Origin: Pseudomonas aeruginosa
Lineage (GTDB): Bacteria; Pseudomonadota; Gammaproteobacteria; Pseudomonadales; Pseudomonadaceae
Reading direction: 5' to 3'
NCBI RefSeq assembly: GCF_001457615.1
Contig: NZ_LN831024.1
Coordinates: 1,440,001-1,472,000, forward strand
Length of the DNA stretch: 32,000 bases
The notes under the pieces are model-generated. The model searched no databases. It had not been told where the DNA came from and saw only the letters and a program-made list of their open reading frames with translations. Position numbers and translations under genes: made by a program. Every line of letters starts with the position of its first letter. Positions within the stretch are counted from its first letter, which is position 1. Shown here piece by piece: positions 8,916 to 17,170 of the stretch.

Positions 8916-9686
8916 TCAATGGCCCTTGATGGCGCTGGGGGAGAGTTTCGAGGCGATCACGATCAGCACCAGGGTGAGCAGCATCAGCAGGGTGGAGACG
9001 GCGTTCACTTCGGGCGTCACGGCGATCTTGATCATGGTGTAGATCTGCGTCGGCAGGGTGGCGAAGCCGCCGCCGGCGGTGAAGAAGGTGATCACGAAGT
9101 CGTCGATGGACAGGGTGAAGGCCATCAGCGCGCCGGCGACGATGCCCGGCATGATCAGCGGCAGGGTCACCAGGCGGAAGCTCTGCCAGGGCGTGGCACC
9201 GAGGTCGCGGGCCGCCTCGGTGAGGCTTTCGTCCATGCCCGACATGCGCGCCTGCACCACCAGGGCGACGAAGCCGACCGAGAAGGTGATGTGCGCGAGG
9301 GTCACCGAGAGCATGCCCAGGCTCATGTTCAGGCCGATGAAGAAGATCACCAGCGAGACCCCCATCAGGAGTTCCGGAATGGCGATCGGGGTCAGCACCA
9401 GCAGGGGCAGCACGCGCAGCTTGAAGCGATGCAGGGCGACCCCGGCGAGGGTGCCGAGCAGGGTCGCCACGCTGGCCGAAACCAGCGCGATGACCAGCGA
9501 GTTGGCGGCGGCCTGGAGCATGTCGCGGTTGCCGAACAGCTTGCGGTACCAGTCCAGGGTGAAGCCCACCCACTCGGCGTTCAGCCGCGAGTCGTTGAAG
9601 GAGTACAGCACCACGATCACCAGCGGTACGTAGAGGAACAGGTACACCAGCGCGGTGGCGCTCCAGAGCAGGTAGGGCCTACGCAT
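8916..9686 (-). CDS. potC: Polyamine ABC transporter permease
   Basis: 256-aa polytopic membrane protein with the ABC permease EAA-type loop (DESLTEAARDLGATPWQSFRLVTLPLIMPG). Its start overlaps the potB stop by 8 nt. Confidence 0.9.
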   Translation of the reverse strand: MRRPYLLWSATALVYLFLYVPLVIVVLYSFNDSRLNAEWVGFTLDWYRKLFGNRDMLQAAANSLVIALVSASVATLLGTLAGVALHRFKLRVLPLLVLTPIAIPELLMGVSLVIFFIGLNMSLGMLSVTLAHITFSVGFVALVVQARMSGMDESLTEAARDLGATPWQSFRLVTLPLIMPGIVAGALMAFTLSIDDFVITFFTAGGGFATLPTQIYTMIKIAVTPEVNAVSTLLMLLTLVLIVIASKLSPSAIKGH

Positions 9687-10572
9687 GGGCGCCTCCCTTG
9701 CGGGCGCGCGCGGCGCCCATGCCGAGGGCGACCAGCAGCAGGATGCAGCCGGTCAGGGCGATCGACAGCGCGCTGCCGAACGGCCAGTCGCGGGAGTCGA
9801 GGAACTGGCTCTTGATCAGGTTGCCGATCATGATGCCGTCGGTACCGCCGACCAGGTCGGGGATGGCGAACATTCCCAGAACCGGGATGAATACCAGTGC
9901 CGCGCCGGCGGCCACGCCCGGCAGCGAGAGCGGGAAGGTCACCCGCCAGAAGCGTTGCCAACGACCGGCGCCGAGGTCCTGGGCGGCGTCCAGCAGGGCC
10001 GGGTCGTGTTTCTCCAGGTTGGCGTAGAGCGGCAGGATCATGAACGGCAGGTGCACGTAGACCATGCACAGGATCACCGCGAACGGGGTGAACATCAGGC
10101 TGATCGGCTGCGCGCCGAACAGGTCCAGCGCGGCGTTGATCCCGCGGGTCAGGGCACCGGACGGCGAGAGGATGATCATCCAGGCGTAGACGCGTACCAG
10201 CAGGTTGCTCCAGAACGGCAGGATCACCAGCAGGATCAGCAGGTTGCGCCACTTCGCCGGGGCCCGGGCGAGGGTGGTCGCCACCGGGTAGGCGAGCAGC
10301 AGGCAGGCCAGGGTGGTGACCAGGGCGTAGCCGAAGGATTTGACGAACAGTTGCAGGTACACCCAGCTCTCGGTGAGCCGGGTGTAGTTCTCCACGCTGA
10401 GGTCGTAGAAGGTCTGCCCGTCCTCGCTGTACATCCAGGGCGCCAGGCCGCCGTAGTCGCCGGGAAAGCGGAACGAGGCGAACAGCATGATCAGCGCCGG
10501 AACCAGGAAGAAGAACAGCAGATACGCTTGCGGCGGCCAGACCAGCAGCCACTTGCCGAGGTTCTTTCTCAT
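9679..10572 (-). CDS. potB: Polyamine ABC transporter permease
   Basis: Membrane protein with an EAA loop (DPALLDAAQDLGAGRWQRFWRVTFPLSLPG). Start placed at the ATG at 10572 (MRKNLGKWLLV), 4 nt after the potA stop. The track start at 10602 would overlap potA by 26 nt. Confidence 0.88.
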   Translation of the reverse strand: MRKNLGKWLLVWPPQAYLLFFFLVPALIMLFASFRFPGDYGGLAPWMYSEDGQTFYDLSVENYTRLTESWVYLQLFVKSFGYALVTTLACLLLAYPVATTLARAPAKWRNLLILLVILPFWSNLLVRVYAWMIILSPSGALTRGINAALDLFGAQPISLMFTPFAVILCMVYVHLPFMILPLYANLEKHDPALLDAAQDLGAGRWQRFWRVTFPLSLPGVAAGAALVFIPVLGMFAIPDLVGGTDGIMIGNLIKSQFLDSRDWPFGSALSIALTGCILLLVALGMGAARARKGGAHA

Positions 10573-10576
10573 CGTG

Positions 10577-11668
10577 TCAGGCCCTGACCAGATGGCCGGC
10601 ATCGAAGCGCCAGGCGGCTTCCACCGCGTCGCCCACCTCGAAGAACTTGGCTCGGCCGGGCGTGGCGTTAGGCAGCAGGGTTTCCAGGCGCTCGCCGTTC
10701 TCCAGCTCGACGATGTACAGGGTCACGTCGCCCAGGTAGAGCAGTTCGGCGACGCGACCGCGGAAGTGCACCTCGTCGCTGTCGGCGGTGACGCTCTGCG
10801 CCAGGCGGATCTTCTCCGGCCGCAGGGTCAGCACGCAGGCCTCGCCGGGCTGGGCGTCGAAGGATTTCAGCGCCTGGACCTCGCCCAGGCCCCGGAGGTC
10901 GATGCGCACGCGTTCGCCGTCGACCGCCTCGACCGTGGCGTCGAGCAGGTTGCACTGGCCGATGAAGTCGGCGACGAAACGACTGCGCGGGAAGCTGTAG
11001 ATGGTTTCCGGGGCGTCCAGTTGCTCCACCCGGCCCTGGTTCATCACCGCGATGCGGTGCGACAGCGCCAGGGCTTCGCCCTGATCGTGGGTGACATAGA
11101 CGAAGGTGATGCCGACGTCCTTCTGCAGGTTGATCAGTTCGATCTGCATTTCTTCGCGCAGCTTGGCGTCCAGCGCCGACAGTGGTTCGTCGAGCAGCAG
11201 CAGGCGCGGCCGGTTGACCAGCGCGCGGGCGATCGCCACGCGCTGGCGCTGGCCGCCGGAAAGCTGTGTCGGCATGCGCCCGCCCTTGTCCGCCAGGCGT
11301 ACGTCCTTCAGGGCCTGTTCGACGCGGGCGTCGATCTCGCTCTTCGCCACTCCGGCCATCTTCAGCGGGAAGGCGATGTTCTGCGCCACGCTCATGTGCG
11401 GGAACAGCGCGTAGCTCTGGAACACCGTATGCACCGGGCGCTTCTCCGGCTCGACGCCGGCGAGGTCCTGGCCGTTGAGGCGGATCTCGCCGCTGTCCGG
11501 CTGGTCGAAGCCGGCGAGCATGCGCAGGAGGGTGGTCTTGCCGCACCCGGAAGGGCCGAGGAGGGTGAAGAATTCGCCGGTGTTGATCGTCAGGCTGACA
11601 TTGTCGACGGCGGTGAAGTCGCCGAAGCGGCGGGTCACGTTGCGGATCTCGAGCAAGGGGGGCGTCAC
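10577..11668 (-). CDS. potA: Polyamine ABC transporter ATPase
   Basis: 363 aa with Walker A (GPSGCGKTT), ABC signature (LSGGQRQRVAIARAL), Walker B (LLLLDEP) and a PotA-type C-terminal regulatory domain. It has a GTG start at 11668 with no obvious Shine-Dalgarno sequence. Confidence 0.93.
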   Translation of the reverse strand: MTPPLLEIRNVTRRFGDFTAVDNVSLTINTGEFFTLLGPSGCGKTTLLRMLAGFDQPDSGEIRLNGQDLAGVEPEKRPVHTVFQSYALFPHMSVAQNIAFPLKMAGVAKSEIDARVEQALKDVRLADKGGRMPTQLSGGQRQRVAIARALVNRPRLLLLDEPLSALDAKLREEMQIELINLQKDVGITFVYVTHDQGEALALSHRIAVMNQGRVEQLDAPETIYSFPRSRFVADFIGQCNLLDATVEAVDGERVRIDLRGLGEVQALKSFDAQPGEACVLTLRPEKIRLAQSVTADSDEVHFRGRVAELLYLGDVTLYIVELENGERLETLLPNATPGRAKFFEVGDAVEAAWRFDAGHLVRA

Positions 11669-11732
11669 TCGTCTGGAGAGGCAGTAAGGTCAGCGGGCGG
11701 AGCCGGCTGCCCGGTGTCGAAAAAGGGGGCGG

Positions 11733-11738
11733 ATTATA
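11733..11738 (-). promoter_or_regulatory. Candidate sigma70 -10 hexamer for the potABCD operon
   Basis: Plus-strand ATTATA reads as a perfect TATAAT on the minus strand, about 65 nt upstream of the potA start. The best -35 at 17-nt spacing (TAGTTA) is weak, so this is only a candidate. Confidence 0.3.
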
Positions 11739-11926
11739 GGGATCGCATCCCGCTCTAACTAGACGTCTGAGGCCCCTGTGAAGAATTTTTTTTCGCGGCC
11801 TCGGAAGTTGTCCGACAAAGCAGGAGCCACGCGGGCTCTGATAGAATTTCGCGGTCGCTTTCCAGCCCGTTTCCTCGAGTCTTCGATGTTCCTTCGCCTG
11901 TCCTTTCCGTATCGGGAGCCTGCCCG

Positions 11927-12643
11927 ATGAGCCATGCCGTTTCCCGCTTGCGCCAGGAGCGCCTGGCGCGCAGCCTGAAACCCTTCGTCGCGCGCGGTTC
12001 GCGCATGCCGCGCTGCGAAGGCTGTCGGCTGCTGCCGAGCTATTGCATGTGCGCCTGGCGGCCGCGGGTCGAGGCGCGCGCCGGCATGTGCCTGGTCATG
12101 CACGACATCGAGGCGCTGAAACCGACCAACACCGGCTGGCTGATCGCCGATACCGTGGCCGACACCTTCGCCTTCGGCTGGTCGCGCACCGAGGTCGACC
12201 CGCGCCTGCTGGAGTTGCTGGCCGACCCGCAGTGGCAGCCATACCTGGTGTTCCCCGGCGAATACGTGGCGGCGGAGCGGGTGGTGAACGAGGTCGCCCC
12301 GCTGGTGGAAGGCAAGCGACCGCTGTTCATCCTGCTCGACGCGACCTGGACCGAGGCGCGCAAGATGTTCCGCAAGAGTCCCTACCTGGAGCCGTTCCCG
12401 GTGCTCAGCCTGCTGCCCGAGCAGCTCTCGCGCTATCGCCTGCGTCGCTCGACCCGTGGCGAGCACCTGTGCACCGCCGAAGTGGCGGCGCTGTGCCTGG
12501 AGCTGGCTGGCGACGAGGCCGCGGGCGAGGCGCTCGGCGCCTACCTGGAGGTGTTCAGCGAGCGCTACCTGGGCGCCAAGCGGCACATTCCGCTGGACGA
12601 GGCCAGCCCGGCGCACCGTGCCCTGGCGCCGTTCCGTGGCTGA
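11927..12643 (+). CDS. DTW-domain protein (tRNA-uridine aminocarboxypropyltransferase TapT/YfiP-like)
   Basis: 238 aa with an N-terminal Cys cluster (CEGCRLLPSYCMC) and a DTW-type motif (LLDATWTEARKM). GGGAG lies 8 nt upstream of the ATG. Confidence 0.85.
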   Translation: MSHAVSRLRQERLARSLKPFVARGSRMPRCEGCRLLPSYCMCAWRPRVEARAGMCLVMHDIEALKPTNTGWLIADTVADTFAFGWSRTEVDPRLLELLADPQWQPYLVFPGEYVAAERVVNEVAPLVEGKRPLFILLDATWTEARKMFRKSPYLEPFPVLSLLPEQLSRYRLRRSTRGEHLCTAEVAALCLELAGDEAAGEALGAYLEVFSERYLGAKRHIPLDEASPAHRALAPFRG

Positions 12644-12646
12644 GTG

Positions 12647-13540
12647 TCAGGCCGGGCGCGCTTCGGCGGCGAGCTTGCGCGGCCACAACTGCGCCACCAG
12701 CATGCCCGCCAGCATCAGCGCGCAACCGAAATAGCCGCGCAGGTGCAGGGTCTCGGCGAGGAACAGGGCGCCGGCGATGGCGGCGAACACCGCTTCCAGG
12801 GACAGGATGATCGCCGCATGGGAAGCGATGGCGTGCTTCTGCGCCACCACCTGCAGGGTGAAGCCGGTGCCGACGCCGAGCAGGCCGCCGTATAGCAGGG
12901 CGGGACCGGCCTGGACGATGGCGTCCCAGTGGATTTCCTCGAAGACCAGTGCCAGCAGCAGGCTGACCGCCGCGCAGGTGGCGAACTGCAGGAAGGCCAG
13001 GCGGATCGGGTCGTAGCGGCTGGCGAACAGGCCTACCAGCAGGACGTGCGCGCCCCAGACCACCGCGCCGGCCAGTTGCAGCCAGTCGCCGGAGGCGACC
13101 TGGAAGCCCGGGCCGATGCTCAGCAGGGCCATGCCGAGCACCGCCAGCGACGCCCCCAGCCAGGTGCCCGCGCCGGTGCGCTGGCCGAACAGCAGGCCGA
13201 GCAACGGCACGACGATCACGTAGAGCCCGGTGATGAAGCCGGAGTTGGTCACGCTGGTGAACAGCAGGCCGACCTGCTGCAGGTTGATCCCGGTGGTCAG
13301 GGCGACGCCGAGGATCACACCGGCGAGCAACTGTCCGCGATTGAAGGGTTGCGCGCCGTCGCGTCGCGAGCGCAGCATCAGCAGTGGCACCAGCACCAGG
13401 GCACCGAGGACGAAGCGCAGGCCGGTATAGAGGAACGGCCCGATGGCGTCCATCCCCAGGCGCTGGGCGACGAACGACACCCCCCAGATCATGGCGGTGA
13501 TCAGCATCAGGACATCGGCACGCAGGGCTTGGCTTCGCAT
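12647..13540 (-). CDS. EamA/DMT-superfamily (RhaT-like) membrane transporter
   Basis: About 10 predicted hydrophobic helices arranged as a duplicated EamA pattern. The track start at 13573 is a GTG; I chose the ATG at 13540 (MRSQALRADVLMLITAMIWG). The start is uncertain by 11 codons. Confidence 0.82.
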   Translation of the reverse strand: MRSQALRADVLMLITAMIWGVSFVAQRLGMDAIGPFLYTGLRFVLGALVLVPLLMLRSRRDGAQPFNRGQLLAGVILGVALTTGINLQQVGLLFTSVTNSGFITGLYVIVVPLLGLLFGQRTGAGTWLGASLAVLGMALLSIGPGFQVASGDWLQLAGAVVWGAHVLLVGLFASRYDPIRLAFLQFATCAAVSLLLALVFEEIHWDAIVQAGPALLYGGLLGVGTGFTLQVVAQKHAIASHAAIILSLEAVFAAIAGALFLAETLHLRGYFGCALMLAGMLVAQLWPRKLAAEARPA

Positions 13541-13705
13541 GGCTCGCTCGACGGGGCGGGGAGGGTCCGCCACTCTGCCAGCAAGCCGGGGTGTTTGAAA
13601 AGACGAACGCGGTGTACGAGGTATCCCTCATTCGGCTTGACCGGTCCGCCCTCGGTCGGCATCCTGAGCGCCGCCTCGGCTGGGCCGAACAAACTAGGAC
13701 ATGTC

Positions 13706-14359
13706 ATGGCTTCTTACGAGATCCTGATCGCCGACGATCACCCCCTGTTTCGCAGCGCTTTGCACCAGGCCCTCACCCTCGGGCTGGGCCCCGACGTGCG
13801 CCTGGTGGAAGCCGCCAGCATCGCCGAACTGGAAGCGCGGCTGAACGAGAAGGCCGATTGGGATCTGGTCCTGCTGGACCTCAACATGCCGGGGGCCTAT
13901 GGCTTCTCCGGCCTGGTGCTGTTGCGCGGGCAATACCCGCAGGTGCCGGTGGTGATGATCTCGGCACAGGAGGAGGCCGCGGTGGTGCAGCGCTCCCGCG
14001 AGTTCGGCGCCAGCGGCTTCATTCCCAAGTCCAGTCCGCTGGAAACCCTGCAGCAGGCGGTGCGCGCGGTGCTCGACGGGGACACCTGGTGGCCGCCGCA
14101 GGATGCCGCCGCCGAAGCCCTCAGCGAGGAGGCCAAGGCCGCCAGCGCCGGGCTCGCCAGCCTCACCCCGCAACAGTTCAGGGTACTCACCATGGTCTGC
14201 GAAGGGTTGCTGAACAAGCAGATCGCCTACGACCTGAACGTTTCCGAGGCGACGGTGAAGGCCCACGTCACGGCGATCTTCCGCAAGCTCAACGTGCGCA
14301 CCCGGACCCAGGCCGCGCTGCTGCTGCAACAAATGGAGACGGTTCCCGCTTCTCATTGA
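13706..14359 (+). CDS. erdR: NarL/FixJ-family response regulator (REC + LuxR-type HTH), ErdR/CrbR-like
   Basis: True start MASYEILIADDHPLFR at 13706; the track ORF 12929-14359 is an in-frame read-through across the opposite-strand EamA gene. Receiver-domain acidic residues are present (DD, LLDLNMPG), as is a GerE-type HTH (LTPQQFRVLTMVCEGLLNKQIAYDLNVSEATVKAHV). The symbol comes from remembered PAO1 synteny (PA3604). Confidence 0.82.
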   Translation: MASYEILIADDHPLFRSALHQALTLGLGPDVRLVEAASIAELEARLNEKADWDLVLLDLNMPGAYGFSGLVLLRGQYPQVPVVMISAQEEAAVVQRSREFGASGFIPKSSPLETLQQAVRAVLDGDTWWPPQDAAAEALSEEAKAASAGLASLTPQQFRVLTMVCEGLLNKQIAYDLNVSEATVKAHVTAIFRKLNVRTRTQAALLLQQMETVPASH

Positions 14360-14430
14360 GAGACGGCTTAACGCTTTTTTGACCAGCCGGCGGCTAGACT
14401 GCCGGCCTTCCGAATCGATGAGAACCCGAC

Positions 14431-14802
14431 GTGTCGCCTTCCCCCTTCAAAGGCCAGACCGGCCTCAAGCGTATCCTCAACGCCACCGGCTATTCCCTCG
14501 CAGGTTTCCTCGCCGCCTTCCGCGGTGAAGCCGCCTTCCGCCAACTGGTGCTGCTCAACGTGGTGCTGATCCCGGTGGCCTTCCTCCTCGACGTCAGTCG
14601 CGGCGAACGCGCGCTGATGATCGCGGTGTGCCTGCTGGCGCTGATCGTCGAGCTGCTCAACTCGGCGATCGAGGCCACCGTCGACCGCGTCTCGCTGGAA
14701 CGCCACCCTCTGTCGAAGAATGCCAAGGACATGGGCAGCGCCGCGCAGTTCGTGGCCCTCACCGTGATCACCGTGACCTGGGCGACCATCCTGCTGGGCT
14801 GA
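14431..14802 (+). CDS. dgkA: Diacylglycerol kinase (prokaryotic membrane type)
   Basis: 123 aa from a GTG start. DgkA family sequence is recognisable (GLKRILNATGYSLAGFLAAFRGEAAFRQ, ELLNSAIEATVDRVS, AKDMGSAAQFVAL), with three hydrophobic helices. Confidence 0.9.
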   Translation: MSPSPFKGQTGLKRILNATGYSLAGFLAAFRGEAAFRQLVLLNVVLIPVAFLLDVSRGERALMIAVCLLALIVELLNSAIEATVDRVSLERHPLSKNAKDMGSAAQFVALTVITVTWATILLG

Positions 14803-14816
14803 TCTACGCGGACATG

Positions 14817-14850
14817 AAAAAGCCGGAGGCAGCGATGCCTCCGGCTTTTT
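14817..14850. terminator. Bidirectional rho-independent terminator between convergent genes
   Basis: AAAA-AGCCGGAGGC (14821-14830), loop AGCGAT, then GCCTCCGGCT (14837-14846) followed by TTTT. The perfect 10-bp stem is flanked by an A-run and a T-run, so it can terminate both dgkA (+) and the 14872-16485 gene (-). Confidence 0.85.
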
Positions 14851-14871
14851 CTTGCGTGCGAGGGCGGCGGC

Positions 14872-16485
14872 TCAGGCCGCCGCGTCGAAGCTGTCGGCCC
14901 GCGCCATGTTCCACATGCGCTCGTAGAACTCGCCCTCGATCTTGCCGGAAAGCAGTTCGCCCGGCTTGAGGAAGTAGTGCAGCTGCGAGAACAGGCGGAT
15001 CTCGGTGTCGGTGATGCGTCGCACCAGGTGCTTGGCTTCGAGCTGCGAGGGATGTTCCAGGCCCGCCGCGGCGAGCATCTCGGCCAGGCCCTTGAGGGTG
15101 TTGCGATGGAAGTTGCGCACCCGCTCGGCCTTGTCCGGCACCACCAGCGCGCGCTGGCGCAGCGGGTCCTGGGTGGCGACGCCGGTCGGGCACTTGTTGG
15201 TATGGCAGCTCTGCGACTGGATGCAGCCGATGGCGAACATGAAGCCGCGCGCCGAGTTGGCCCAATCCGCGCCGGTGGCCAGGACGCTGGCGATATCGAA
15301 GGCGCTGACGATCTTGCCGCTGGCGCCGACCTTGATCTTGTCGCGCAGGTTGAGGCCGACCAGGGTGTTGTGGACGAACAGCAGGCCTTCGCGCAGCGGC
15401 ACGCCGATATGGTCGGTGAACTCCAGCGGCGCCGCGCCGGTGCCGCCTTCCTTGCCGTCGACGACGATGAAGTCGGGGAGGATGCCGGTCTCCAGCATGG
15501 CCTTGGCGATGCCCATGAACTCCCATGGATGGCCCAGGCAGAACTTGAAGCCGACCGGCTTGCCGCCGGACAGTTCGCGCAGCTGGGCGATGAACTGCAT
15601 CAGCTCGATCGGCGTGGAGAAGGCGCTGTGGCGCGACGGCGAAACGCAATCCTCACCCATCGGCACGCCACGGGTGGCGGCGATCTCGGGGGTGACCTTG
15701 TGCTTGGGCAGGATACCGCCGTGTCCCGGCTTGGCGCCCTGGCTGAGCTTGATCTCGATCATCTTCACCTGCGGGTCGAGGGCCTGGGCGGCGAAGCGCT
15801 CAGGGTCGAACTTGCCATCGCGGGTGCGGCACCCGAAGTAGCCGCTGCCCAGTTCCCAGACCAGGTCGCCGCCGTTCTCGCGGTGATAGGGACTGATGCT
15901 GCCCTCGCCGGTGTCGTGGTAGAAGTTGCCCATCTGCGCGCCACGGTTCAGCGAGCGAATGGCGTTGGCGCTGAGGGCGCCGAAACTCATCGCCGAGACG
16001 TTGAACAGCGAAGCGGAGTACGGCTTGCTGCATTGTGGCCCGCCGATGTCGACGCGGAACTCGCAGGGATCGCTGAGCGGCGCCGGACGCATCGAGTGGC
16101 TGATGAATTCGTAGCCGGCGGTGTACACGTCGATCAGGGTGCCGAAGGGCTTCTCCGAGCTTTCGTTCTTCGCCCGCGAGTAGACCAGCGAGCGCTGGGC
16201 GCGGGAGAAGGGCAGGGCGTCGCCGTCGGCTTCCAGCAGGTACTGGCGGATCTCCGGGCGGATGCCTTCCACCAGATAGCGGATGTTGCCCAGGATCGGA
16301 TAGTTGCGGCGCACCGCGTGTGGCGTCTGGATCAGGTCGAACAGGCCGAGCAGGCTCAGGGCCACGCCCAGGAGGGTGAACGGCCAGAGCCATTCGGTGC
16401 TGCCGAGGAACGGCAGGCTGAGCAAGGTGAACAGGGCGATACAGGCGAAAAACGCATAGCGACTGAGTAGCGACAGATTCATCAT
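14872..16485 (-). CDS. Membrane-anchored FMN-dependent glutamate-synthase-domain-2-like (GltB-like / YerD-like) oxidoreductase
   Basis: Start at the ATGATG at 16485/16482 (GGAG just upstream); the track start at 16587 was rejected. Two N-terminal hydrophobic helices precede a GltB FMN-domain sequence (IKLSQGAKPGHGGILP, VVDGKEGGTGAAP, QSCHTNKCPTGVATQDP). Confidence 0.8.
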   Translation of the reverse strand: MMNLSLLSRYAFFACIALFTLLSLPFLGSTEWLWPFTLLGVALSLLGLFDLIQTPHAVRRNYPILGNIRYLVEGIRPEIRQYLLEADGDALPFSRAQRSLVYSRAKNESSEKPFGTLIDVYTAGYEFISHSMRPAPLSDPCEFRVDIGGPQCSKPYSASLFNVSAMSFGALSANAIRSLNRGAQMGNFYHDTGEGSISPYHRENGGDLVWELGSGYFGCRTRDGKFDPERFAAQALDPQVKMIEIKLSQGAKPGHGGILPKHKVTPEIAATRGVPMGEDCVSPSRHSAFSTPIELMQFIAQLRELSGGKPVGFKFCLGHPWEFMGIAKAMLETGILPDFIVVDGKEGGTGAAPLEFTDHIGVPLREGLLFVHNTLVGLNLRDKIKVGASGKIVSAFDIASVLATGADWANSARGFMFAIGCIQSQSCHTNKCPTGVATQDPLRQRALVVPDKAERVRNFHRNTLKGLAEMLAAAGLEHPSQLEAKHLVRRITDTEIRLFSQLHYFLKPGELLSGKIEGEFYERMWNMARADSFDAAA

Positions 16486-16687
16486 GTCTCCAATCTTCAG
16501 GCTTCGGTTCAAAATGGTAGTCACCTTCTTCGAGGCGTCTACGACGGGTTCCCCCCGCGCTAACCAAGCGCTGATTATGGGAAACAAACGGGGATAGAAA
16601 GCAAGCTAATAATTGTGTCTGGATGGTCGAGCAGCCGAATGGTCGCCGGGAACTCTTTCCGGAGTTGCGAATTATTCTTATCGGAGT

Positions 16688-16710
16688 AATATGTAACTAT
16701 ATAACATTAT
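16688..16710. promoter_or_regulatory. Putative Zur box overlapping the promoter of the L31B/L36B operon
   Basis: AATATGTAACT-A-TATAACATTAT is an imperfect AT-rich palindrome. Compared with the enterobacterial Zur consensus GAAATGTTATA-A-TATAACATTTC (from memory), the right half matches 9/11 and the left half 6/11. It sits 16-38 nt upstream of the ATG in the most AT-rich patch of the window. Zinc-independent ribosomal paralogs are classic Zur targets. Confidence 0.6.
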
Positions 16711-16725
16711 GTAGGAGGCATCCCC

Positions 16726-16989
16726 ATGAAACCCGGCATCCATCCCGAATACCGTCCCGTCCTGTTCCATGACACTTCGGCCGACGTGTACTTCCTGATC
16801 GGCTCCACCGCGGAGACCGACAAGACCCATACCCATACCGACGGCAAGACCTATCCCTACGTGACGCTGGACGTTTCCAGCGCCTCGCACCCGGTCTACA
16901 CCGGCGAACAGCGCAAGACCAAGAGCGAAGGCCGCGTGGCCGGGTTCAACAAGCGTTTCGCCGGCTTCGTCGGCGGCAAGGGGGCCTGA
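16726..16989 (+). CDS. rpmE2: 50S ribosomal protein L31 type B (zinc-independent paralog)
   Basis: 87 aa beginning [16 protein letters not shown] and lacking the CxxC zinc-ribbon cysteines of type A L31. A strong AGGAGG lies 8 nt upstream. Confidence 0.9.
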   Translation: MKPGIHPEYRPVLFHDTSADVYFLIGSTAETDKTHTHTDGKTYPYVTLDVSSASHPVYTGEQRKTKSEGRVAGFNKRFAGFVGGKGA

Positions 16990-17141
16990 TGAAAGTCCTC
17001 GCCTCGCTGAAACAGGCCAAGCTGCGCCATCGCGATTGCCAGGTGGTGAAGCGCCGTGGCCGGCTCTACGTGATCTGCAAGTCGAATCCGCGCTTCAAGT
17101 GCGTGCAGGGCCGGCCGAAGCCGAAGATCAAGCGCCGCTGA
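16989..17141 (+). CDS. rpmJ2: 50S ribosomal protein L36 type B (zinc-independent paralog); missing from the supplied ORF track
   Basis: Hand translation from the ATG at 16989, which overlaps the L31B stop as TGATG, gives [50 protein letters not shown] (50 aa), with the stop at 17139-17141. This closely resembles YkgO-type L36. The track probably omits it because it falls below the length cutoff. Confidence 0.85.
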   Translation: MKVLASLKQAKLRHRDCQVVKRRGRLYVICKSNPRFKCVQGRPKPKIKRR

Positions 17142-17146
17142 GCGGC

Positions 17147-17170
17147 GACGGGACGGTCGCCCGTCCCGTC
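17147..17170. terminator. GC-rich hairpin between convergent rpmJ2 and the LuxR-family gene (possible terminator without a U-tract)
   Basis: GACGGGACG (17147-17155) pairs perfectly with CGTCCCGTC (17162-17170) around a 6-nt loop. There is no T-run on either strand. It overlaps the stop codon of the minus-strand gene. Confidence 0.4.

Noticed and set aside
8745-9815. 356-aa plus-strand ORF with a striking H/Q/G/E/D-rich composition, antisense to potC
   Set aside because: The composition is the mirror image of a hydrophobic membrane protein's codons read in reverse. potC on the minus strand has the ABC permease EAA loop.
11768-11803. GAGGCC...GGCCTC inverted repeat flanking a T8 run in the potA/DTW-gene divergent region
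   Set aside because: It is only a 6-bp stem with a loop of about 22 nt. That is too weak to call a terminator or an operator.
11886-11930. 14-codon upstream ORF (MFLRLSFPYREPAR) whose TGA overlaps the ATG of the DTW-domain gene (ATGA)
   Set aside because: It has no Shine-Dalgarno sequence before its ATG. The GGGAG inside it is positioned to serve the main gene. Its conservation cannot be assessed here, so it is probably fortuitous.
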